A stretch of DNA of 24,000 nucleotides, taken from positions 4,767 through 28,766 of the forward strand of contig JBBQTN010000044.1 of assembly GCA_038213195.1 (NCBI GenBank). The letters run 5' to 3'. Below, piece by piece: positions 1 to 7,079 of this stretch. The notes under the pieces were generated by a model that had not been told where the DNA came from, searched no databases, and saw only the letters and a list, made by a program, of their open reading frames with translations. The position numbers and the translations under genes are program-made. Source of the stretch: Acidimicrobiales bacterium (GTDB taxonomy: Bacteria > Actinomycetota > Acidimicrobiia > Acidimicrobiales > Ilumatobacteraceae). Each line of letters begins with the position of its first letter. The stretch's first letter is position 1.

Positions 1-1238
1 ACATCCGCACCAACGGCGACGGCGACGCGCGCATCGCGGGCGCCGGCGTGACGGGCGATGTTGGAGAGGGCCTCACGGAGCACGTGCAGGAGCTCTTCGG
101 CGATGCTGCTGTCGATCGTCTCGATCGGTCCGTCGAACTGCAGCCGCGGCTCGAAGCCGAGCGCCGGTGTCGATTCGGTCAGCGCCGCGAGCAGGCGTCC
201 GCGGAGTCCCCCCGGCGCCGCCCCCGAGCCCTGGAGCGAGAACACCGCCATGCGCAGCTCCCTGATCGTCTCATCGAGCCCGTCGATCGTCGTGCGGATC
301 CGCTTCGCGGCCGGCTCGTCGACGAGCGGAAGGGTGGACTGCAGGCTGAGCCCTTCACCGAACAGGCGCTGGATCACCGTGTCGTGCAGGTCACGGGCGA
401 TCCGCTCGCGGTCGCTGAAGACGGCGGCGTTCGTGTCGGCTTCTGTTTGGGCGTCGCGCAGCGCGCGCTGGCTGAGGGCGAGCTCGTTGTCGCGTGCGAG
501 GCGAGCGGTGATGTCCCTGGCGAGGGTGATCACCCATGTCGTCGTGTCTCGTGGTGAGAGCGCAGTCTGGTAGGTCGTCTCCACCGTGACCTTCGTGCCG
601 TCCTTGCGGACCATCGTCGCCAGGCTGGCGACGGATGCGTCTTCGCTGCTGATCAGCGGTTCGACGAGCAGACGCTCTTCGGCCTCGGTCTTGTGCGGGC
701 TGAGCGCGAGTGGTGTCATCTTCAGCAACTCGCTGCGGTCGTAGCCGGTCAGCCGTGTTGCACCGTCGTTGACGAACGAGAAGACCATCGTGCCCGCGTC
801 GAAGATGAAGATCGCATCGTCGCTCGCGTCCAGGGTCCGCAGCACGCGATGCAGCTGCGCATCCGCCTGCGTCCGCTCGCTGATGTTGCGCACCGCGACG
901 ACGGTGAAGTGCACTGCGTCGAGGACCATCGGGCTGAGGCTGATCTGCACTGCTATCTCCGAGCCGTCGGCGTGGCGCGCGACCAGATCGAGACAGGACT
1001 CCGCGCTCACCAACAGGGGCCGGTCGCGCAGCTGGGCGGGCACCGCGGGGACCAGGTCCTCGATGACGCCACCGACGAGGCGCTCGAGGTCGTAGCCGAA
1101 CAGCGCAGCGGCGTGGTCGTTGGCGAACACGACCTGTCCATCGTCGGCCAGGATCAGCGTCGCGTCCGGCATCGCCTCCACGAGGCACCGCGCGAACTCG
1201 TCGCCGTGTGACAGGAGGAGTGACGACCGTTGGGCCAT
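1..1238 (-). CDS. Cytoplasmic sensor histidine kinase: two PAS domains, a HisKA_3 H-box and the start of HATPase_c. The 3' end runs off the window, so it is absent from the supplied ORF track.
   Basis: My own minus-strand translation from the ATG at 1238-1236 reads MAQRSSLLLSHGDEFARCLVEAMPDATLILADDGQVVFANDHAAALFGYDLERLVGG... and stays open to position 3. There are two PAS-like blocks (about nt 879-1202 and 504-857). The H-box is FSDRERIARDLHDTVIQRLF (His codon about 384-386). The N-box is LREALSNIARHA (about nt 42-77). There is no hydrophobic TM segment. GGAAAGG lies 9 nt upstream of the ATG. GC3 is very high in this frame. Confidence 0.85.
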   Translation of the reverse strand, partial: MAQRSSLLLSHGDEFARCLVEAMPDATLILADDGQVVFANDHAAALFGYDLERLVGGVIEDLVPAVPAQLRDRPLLVSAESCLDLVARHADGSEIAVQISLSPMVLDAVHFTVVAVRNISERTQADAQLHRVLRTLDASDDAIFIFDAGTMVFSFVNDGATRLTGYDRSELLKMTPLALSPHKTEAEERLLVEPLISSEDASVASLATMVRKDGTKVTVETTYQTALSPRDTTTWVITLARDITARLARDNELALSQRALRDAQTEADTNAAVFSDRERIARDLHDTVIQRLFGEGLSLQSTLPLVDEPAAKRIRTTIDGLDETIRELRMAVFSLQGSGAAPGGLRGRLLAALTESTPALGFEPRLQFDGPIETIDSSIAEELLHVLREALSNIARHAGARDARVAVAVGAD

Positions 1239-1374
1239 GGTGGCGAACCTTTCCCGGCTTGGATCGACCGACGGTGCCGCGGATCGAAGCAGGAGCTTCG
1301 CCACTGACGGTGAACGCGCAGCTACTCTATCGGGTCGACCCGCGTGTGCCGCCGCCGTGTTCGCGCAACACGAG

Positions 1375-2025
1375 TCAGTACCGCTGGTTGCGGCGCTCCG
1401 CCTGGCGGGCCGCGTACACGGCGGCCTCGGTGCGGTGGCTCATCCCCATCTTGCCGAGCAGGTTCGAGACGTAGTTCTTGACCGTCTTCTCGGCGAGGAA
1501 CATCTCGGTCGCGATCTGCCGGTTCGTCCGTCCGTCGGCGAGGAGGTCGAGGATGCGGCGCTCCTGGACGCTCAGCCCGGCGAGCCGGACGTCCTCGGTC
1601 ACTCCCTTGCGCAGGCGGTCCATCACCCGTTTCGCCAACGTCGGCTCGATCAACGACTCACCGGCGCCGACACGACGGACGGCGGCGACGAGATCGCCGC
1701 CCTTGACCTGCTTCAACATGTATCCGGAGGCGCCGGCGACGATCGCTTCGAACAGCGCTTCGTCATCGTCGAACGAGGTCAGCATCAAGCACGCGATCTC
1801 GGGTGACCACGACTGCAGGTCACGGCACAGCTCGACCCCGCTGCCGTCGGGGAGCCGCAGGTCGAGGAGCACGACCTGCGGTTGGGTGGCGGGGATGCGC
1901 GCCAGCGCCTCCTCGATCGTGCCGGCTTCCCCGACCACTTCGAGGTCCTCCTCGGCCGTCAGCAGATCGCGTAGGCCGCGACGGACGACCTCGTGGTCGT
2001 CGACGAGGAACACGCGCAGCGCCAT
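1375..2025 (-). CDS. NarL/LuxR-family two-component response regulator (REC domain plus C-terminal LuxR-type HTH)
   Basis: Track ORF 1375..2055. The sequence MALRVFLVDDHEVVRRGLRDLL...VVLLDLRLPDGSG has the receiver acidic pocket and phospho-Asp context. The C-terminal LSVQERRILDLLADGRTNRQIATEMFLAEKTVKNYVSNLLGKMG is a LuxR HTH. I prefer the ATG at 2025 (GAGGA about 8 nt upstream) over the ORF-track start at 2055. Confidence 0.9.
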   Translation of the reverse strand: MALRVFLVDDHEVVRRGLRDLLTAEEDLEVVGEAGTIEEALARIPATQPQVVLLDLRLPDGSGVELCRDLQSWSPEIACLMLTSFDDDEALFEAIVAGASGYMLKQVKGGDLVAAVRRVGAGESLIEPTLAKRVMDRLRKGVTEDVRLAGLSVQERRILDLLADGRTNRQIATEMFLAEKTVKNYVSNLLGKMGMSHRTEAAVYAARQAERRNQRY

Positions 2026-2134
2026 CGCAAATCCTCGCACATCGACGCACACCACTCACTGCACTCGGCCGGACGGTCTCCGTGACGTCGGCGTGCCAGA
2101 ACCCGCCGGCCGGTACCGCCTCGATCCTGAACGG

Positions 2135-4864
2135 TCACGCGTTGCGCGGGTCGGGAGCCTCGGGATCGATCGCGAACCGGCGGATCGCGTCCGACACCGT
2201 CTCCTCCTTCACCTCGCCCTGCGCGTGCAGCGCTCCGAGGACGGCGACGACGACGTTGCCGGCGTCGATCTCGAAGTGGGCGCGCAGCGCCTCGCGGGTG
2301 TCGCTGCGCCCCATCCCGTCGGTGCCGAGGGGGACGAACAGACGGCTCGGGACGAACCGGGCGATCTGCTCGGGGACGATCTTCATGAAGTCCGAGACCG
2401 CGACGATCGGACCCTGCCCGTCGCCGAGCAGTTCGGCGACCAGCGACGTGCGCGCCGGCTGGCTGGGGTGCAGCCGGTTCCAGCGCTCGGTGCTCAACGC
2501 CTCCTCGCGCAGCGACTTGTACGACGTCGCCGACCACAGCTCGGCTGCCACGCCATAATCGCTGGCGAGCACCTCGGCGGCCTCGCGGGCTGCGCCGTGC
2601 AGCGAGCCGCTGAACAGCAACGTCGCGCGCAGCGACGGCCCCTCGGGTGCAGGCGCCCAGCGGTACAGGCCACGCGTGATGTCGGCCGGGTCGAGGCCCT
2701 CCGGCATCGCCGGCATCAGCGCGTTCTCGTTGTAGAGGGTGATGTAGTAGAAGACGTCGCGGTCGGCCTCGGGCGTCCCGGAGCCGTACATCCGCTGCAC
2801 GCCGGCCTGCACGATCGCCGCCACCTCGTATGCGAAAGCGGGGTCGTAGGCCTGGCACGCGGGAACCGTCGAGGCGAGCACGAGCGAGTGCCCGTCCTGA
2901 TGCTGGAGGCCCTCGCCGAGCAACGTCGTGCGACCGGCGGTGGCGCCGAGCAGGAAGCCGCGGGCGCGAGCATCCGCCGCCTGCCAGACCAGGTCGCCGA
3001 CGCGCTGGAAGCCGAACATCGAATAGAACGTGTAGAACGGCACCATCGGCACGCCACGAGTCGCGTAGGCAGTGCCGGCAGCGATGAAGCTGGCCATCGA
3101 ACCGGCCTCGGTGATCCCCTCCTCGAGGATCTGTCCGCTCGCCGACTCGGTGTAGCTGAGCAGCAGGTCGTGGTCCACCGGCTCGTACTTCTGGCCCTGG
3201 GAGGCGTAGATCTTCAGCTCGCGGAACAGCGAGTCCATGCCGAACGTGCGCGCCTCGTCCGGGATGATCGGGACCACGAACTGCCCGAACTTGTCGTCGC
3301 GGGCGAGGTTGCGCAGCAGCCGGGTGAAGCCCATCGTCGTGCTGACCGCCTGCTTGCCGGAGCCCTGGCGGAGCTCGGCGAACACTGCGTCAGCGGGCTG
3401 CGCGAGCTGCTTGCGCAGGCGCACGATCCGCTTCGGCACGGAACCGCCGAGCGAACGCCGGCGCTCGATCATGTACTGGTACTCGATCGAGTCCTCGGCC
3501 GGACGGAAGTACGGCGGCTCGTCGCCGTCGAGCGCGCTCTCCGGGATCTCGTCGTGCAGGTACAGCCGGTCGCGCAGCGCGAGCAGCTGGTCCTTGTTCA
3601 TCTTCTTGATCTGGTGGGTGGAGTTGCGGCCCTCGAAGCCGGGTCCGAGCGTCCAGCCCTTGATCGTCTTGCACAGGATCACCGTCGGTGAACCCGAACC
3701 GAGGTTCTCGGTGGCAGCCTTGTACGCGGCGTACAGCTTGCGGTAGTCGTGCCCGCCCCGGGGCAGGTTGACGAGGTCGTCGTCGGAGAGGTGGGCGACG
3801 AGGGCGCGCAGCCGTGGGTCCGGTCCGAAGAAGTTGTCGCGGATGTACGCGCCGTCGGCGATCCCGTAGCGCTGGAACTGGCCGTCGACGGTGGTGTTCA
3901 GCTGGTTGAGCAGCACGCCGTCCTTGTCCTTGGCGAGCAGCTCGTCCCACTTCGAGCCGAGGATCACCTTGATCACGTTCCAGCCCGCGCCGCGGAACGT
4001 GGCCTCCAGCTCCTGGATGATCTTGCCGTTGCCGCGCACAGGGCCGTCGAGGCGCTGGAGGTTGCAGTTGACCACGAACACGAGGTTGTCCAGCCGCTCC
4101 CGACTGGCCAGCGAGATGGCCCCCAACGTTTCCGGCTCGTCGCACTCACCGTCGCCGAGGAACGCCCAGACCCGGCTACCGCTGGTGTCGTCGATCTCGC
4201 GGCCCTGGAGGTAGCGGTTGAACCGTGCGTGGTACAGCGCGGTGAGCGGTCCGAGGCCCATGCTGACCGTCGGGAACTCCCAGAACTCGGGCATCAGCCG
4301 CGGGTGCGGGTAGCTGCTCAGCCCGCGACCGCCACGACCGATCTCCTGGCGGAAGTGGTCGAGATCGTCCTCGGTCAGCCGGCCTTCCATGAACGCCCGT
4401 GCGTACACGCCGGGTGCGGCGTGGCCCTGGAAGTAGATGTGGTCGCCTGCGTTGCCGTCGTCCTTGCCGCGGAAGAAGTGGTTGAACCCGATCTCGTAGA
4501 GGCTGGCGGAGCTGGCGAACGTCGACAGGTGGCCACCGATGCCCTCGGCGTGCTTGTTGGCCTTGACCACCATCGCCGCCGCGTTCCAGCGCACGAAGGC
4601 GCGGATCCGCCGCTCGATGAACTCGTCGCCGGGGAACCACGGCTCGGCCTCGCGGGGGATGGTGTTGATGTACGGGGTGCTGACGGTCGCGGGGAAGCTG
4701 ACCTGCGACTCGCGGGCGCGCTCGAGCAGCTTCGACAGCAGGAACCGGGCGCGGGTCTTGCCGTGCGTGTCGACCACGGCGTCCAGGCTGTCGAGCCATT
4801 CCTGCGTCTCGCCGGGATCGGTGTCCGGGAGCTGGTGGACGAAACCGTCGAAGATCATCGGCAC
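2135..4864 (-). CDS. aceE: Pyruvate dehydrogenase E1 component, homodimeric AceE type
   Basis: The 909-aa ORF has the typical AceE N-terminus (LPDTDPGETQEWLDSLDAVVDTHGKTRARFLLSKLLERA), a ThDP-binding region (GDGECDEPETLGA...NLVFVVNCNLQRLDGPVRGN), and matching length and architecture. The start is GTG at 4864 or ATG at 4858; no clear SD precedes either. Confidence 0.95.
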   Translation of the reverse strand: MPMIFDGFVHQLPDTDPGETQEWLDSLDAVVDTHGKTRARFLLSKLLERARESQVSFPATVSTPYINTIPREAEPWFPGDEFIERRIRAFVRWNAAAMVVKANKHAEGIGGHLSTFASSASLYEIGFNHFFRGKDDGNAGDHIYFQGHAAPGVYARAFMEGRLTEDDLDHFRQEIGRGGRGLSSYPHPRLMPEFWEFPTVSMGLGPLTALYHARFNRYLQGREIDDTSGSRVWAFLGDGECDEPETLGAISLASRERLDNLVFVVNCNLQRLDGPVRGNGKIIQELEATFRGAGWNVIKVILGSKWDELLAKDKDGVLLNQLNTTVDGQFQRYGIADGAYIRDNFFGPDPRLRALVAHLSDDDLVNLPRGGHDYRKLYAAYKAATENLGSGSPTVILCKTIKGWTLGPGFEGRNSTHQIKKMNKDQLLALRDRLYLHDEIPESALDGDEPPYFRPAEDSIEYQYMIERRRSLGGSVPKRIVRLRKQLAQPADAVFAELRQGSGKQAVSTTMGFTRLLRNLARDDKFGQFVVPIIPDEARTFGMDSLFRELKIYASQGQKYEPVDHDLLLSYTESASGQILEEGITEAGSMASFIAAGTAYATRGVPMVPFYTFYSMFGFQRVGDLVWQAADARARGFLLGATAGRTTLLGEGLQHQDGHSLVLASTVPACQAYDPAFAYEVAAIVQAGVQRMYGSGTPEADRDVFYYITLYNENALMPAMPEGLDPADITRGLYRWAPAPEGPSLRATLLFSGSLHGAAREAAEVLASDYGVAAELWSATSYKSLREEALSTERWNRLHPSQPARTSLVAELLGDGQGPIVAVSDFMKIVPEQIARFVPSRLFVPLGTDGMGRSDTREALRAHFEIDAGNVVVAVLGALHAQGEVKEETVSDAIRRFAIDPEAPDPRNA

Positions 4865-4956
4865 AGTCTGTCAGGCAGGCCGGGCCGTCGTCGTCGACCC
4901 CGGTGAGAGTTGCGCTGCTGTCGCGGATGCGGCATCGACCCGTCGGTGGCCGTGCG

Positions 4957-6858
4957 TCAGGGGCTCCACCAACCGGAGACGTCGAACAGCACGTGCGCGC
5001 CACGGTACGTCTCGATGCACAACCGTTGGTCGGCCGACAGCCCGACCGTCAGCGAGTTGGCGAGGATCGCCCCCGCTGGCGCGTTGACCGACGACGACAG
5101 CTGCGACTGCCCGCACGGCGTTGCCCGCAGCCATCCGCTGATCGTCGGCTGGACCATCGTCAGCGTTCCGCTGACCGCCTGCGCACCGGCCGGGGCGGGC
5201 TGCAGGTCGATGCTCTGCCGGCTCTCGATCCGGCCCGACCAACCGCCGGTGCCGTCGCGGGTGTCGAGCATCCGCTGGACCACCGACGGGGTGTAGCGCA
5301 GCGCGCCGGCGGTGGAGAACGTGCCGGTGATGTCGACCACCACGTCGGCGGGTGTGGATGTGCTGACGCAGACCGTGCCTTGCGCAGACACCAGCACGTA
5401 GGCCGCGCCGGCGATGATCTCGCCCGGCCCGAAGTAGATCTGGGCGAGGTCGGGGCGCAGCTGGTCGCACGACCAGACGGTCAGCGCACCGGCCGCGGCC
5501 GAGTCGAGGCCGACCATGCTCAACGCCACGGCGGTCGCACCGGGCGGGGCGGCGATCACATCGACCGGGTTGCGGCCCGTCTCGCGGGTGTCGAGCAGCC
5601 GTGCCGGCACGGTCGGGGTGAACCGGGTCGCCGGCGACGCGACGAACCAGCCCTGCACGTCGATGTCGACGTCGGTCGCGTCGTAGCTGAAGATGCACAC
5701 GGTCCGGGCCGGCGTGAGCGTGGCCAGCACCTGCGCGGCTCGCTGCTGACCGGCGACGAAGTTGAGGCTCGACGTCATCGGCCGAGCCCCGCCGCACGGG
5801 TAGACCGTGAGGTAGCCGGGTCCTGTTGGATTGCGCGACTCGAGGGTCAGCGCCGCAGCTGACGCGTCGCCGGGCGCGACGGACGACAGGTCCAGCGTGG
5901 CCGTCGAACCGGGATCGATGTGCAGCCCTGTGGTGATCCGCGCGACGGGCACGGGCCGGTAGTCCGTGGGCGCGCCCCCAGCCGCCGGGGGAGGAGCGTT
6001 CGCCCCGACCCGCCGGGCCGGCCCGAAGTGGGCGGTGATGTCGTCGGTCATCAGCCGGCTGCGGCGGGCGTACTGCGCACCGCTCGCGAGGTGGATGTAG
6101 AAGCCGTCGGTGACGAACGGCGGGTTGGCGGTCGCCAGCGCCGTCGGCCAGTCCCACACGACGAGGTTCGGCCGCTCCTGCTGGGCCAGCTGCAACGCCG
6201 AGTTCCACGCCGCGGCGCGGGCGTAGTCGACGGTCGTCAGCTCCGACCACCACACCTCCGCCTGCGGACCGATGACGTCGAGCAGGTAGTCGATCGTCTG
6301 CTTCATGCAGGCCACCGTTGGCGGGCAGAACGCGTTGTCGTTGTTGCCCAGGTTGACGAGCACGACCGACGGGTCCCAGCCCTCGGAGCGCCAGCGGTCG
6401 ATCCAGTACGCGGCCGTCGTCGACCTGCCCGCCCCGAGGTTGCGCCCGGTGGTGAGCCCCTTGGTGGCGAGGAAGTTGACAGGTCCCCACCCCGCGGTGG
6501 CGAGCATGTTCGGCAAACCTGGGCTGCTGAGGCCGTCGGACGAGCCGATCAGCACGGAATCACCGATCACCGTGATCCCGCCCAGCGGCCCTGCGTCGGA
6601 GTACTGGTTGCACTGCAGGTCGGTCGGCCGGAAGCCGGACGGGCAGGGCGGCAGGGCTCCTGCGGCGTGGACCGCGGTCGGTGGTTCGACGGCCAGACCG
6701 CCGGCCGACAACACGGCGAGAGCGCACAGGACGAGGAAGGTGATCGCGGCCCGCAGTCGCATCGGTCGGCAGTCTTGCATGGTCGACGCGCGACCATCGG
6801 GCGCCGACGGCCTGCCGGTGATCGGGGCGCCCTCGGCCCGCTCCCGGTCGGGTGCCAC
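4957..6858 (-). CDS. Secreted SGNH/GDSL-family hydrolase with three C-terminal tandem ~105-aa repeats
   Basis: Signal-peptide-like MRLRAAITFLVLCALAVLSAGGLAVEPPTAVHA. SGNH block I is ITVIGDSVLIGS, block III is VNLGNNDN, and a block V-like motif is TDGFYIHL. Three repeats follow (nt about 4960-5964). The GTG at 6858 has GGAG 6 nt upstream. Alternative ATG starts at 6780 and 6762 would give a more typical short n-region. Confidence 0.85.
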   Translation of the reverse strand: MAPDRERAEGAPITGRPSAPDGRASTMQDCRPMRLRAAITFLVLCALAVLSAGGLAVEPPTAVHAAGALPPCPSGFRPTDLQCNQYSDAGPLGGITVIGDSVLIGSSDGLSSPGLPNMLATAGWGPVNFLATKGLTTGRNLGAGRSTTAAYWIDRWRSEGWDPSVVLVNLGNNDNAFCPPTVACMKQTIDYLLDVIGPQAEVWWSELTTVDYARAAAWNSALQLAQQERPNLVVWDWPTALATANPPFVTDGFYIHLASGAQYARRSRLMTDDITAHFGPARRVGANAPPPAAGGAPTDYRPVPVARITTGLHIDPGSTATLDLSSVAPGDASAAALTLESRNPTGPGYLTVYPCGGARPMTSSLNFVAGQQRAAQVLATLTPARTVCIFSYDATDVDIDVQGWFVASPATRFTPTVPARLLDTRETGRNPVDVIAAPPGATAVALSMVGLDSAAAGALTVWSCDQLRPDLAQIYFGPGEIIAGAAYVLVSAQGTVCVSTSTPADVVVDITGTFSTAGALRYTPSVVQRMLDTRDGTGGWSGRIESRQSIDLQPAPAGAQAVSGTLTMVQPTISGWLRATPCGQSQLSSSVNAPAGAILANSLTVGLSADQRLCIETYRGAHVLFDVSGWWSP

Positions 6859-6876
6859 CGGCCGCTCCGGGCAACC

Positions 6877-6917
6877 GGTCGCAGCCGGAAGGACTCGTAC
6901 GGTTTCCGGTTGCGACC
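6877..6917. promoter_or_regulatory. Imperfect inverted repeat (14-bp arms, 13-nt spacer) in the divergent intergenic region. It is a candidate operator or 5'-UTR hairpin.
   Basis: GGTCGCAGCCGGAA (6877-6890), then ggactcgtacggt, then TTCCGGTTGCGACC (6904-6917). The reverse complement of the right arm is GGTCGCAACCGGAA, so there is 1 mismatch, which would be G:U in RNA. A further direct copy GCAACCGG lies at 6871-6878, 10 bp upstream of GCAGCCGG (6881-6888). Confidence 0.45.
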
Positions 6918-7079
6918 AGAACGGGTTCGGGCGTGACTGGGTCAGGCGGCGCCGAGCGTCTGCTCATGATCGGGCGCCTTCGACCGCAACCGACCATGGG
7001 CCCGAGCCTCGGCTCCACCGCCCTCGGTCGTGCGGGCCTCCGCTTCCGCAGAGTGCCCCCGACGTACGATCGGCCACCG

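Noticed and set aside
1478-3691. 737-aa plus-strand ORF (and 1803..2558, 3237..3746, 3749..4906) overlapping aceE and the response regulator
   Set aside because: These ORFs are antisense to genes with unmistakable family signatures. Their translations are Arg/Ala/Pro/Ser-rich low-complexity sequence with no motifs. Long stop-free antisense frames are expected in high-GC DNA.
5964-5975. A third occurrence of the 12-mer cgtgggcgcgcc, which is the 5' arm of the 45-nt palindromic element
   Set aside because: It lies inside the SGNH coding sequence, only 12 nt match, and there is no partner arm. It is most likely a chance match in GC-rich sequence.
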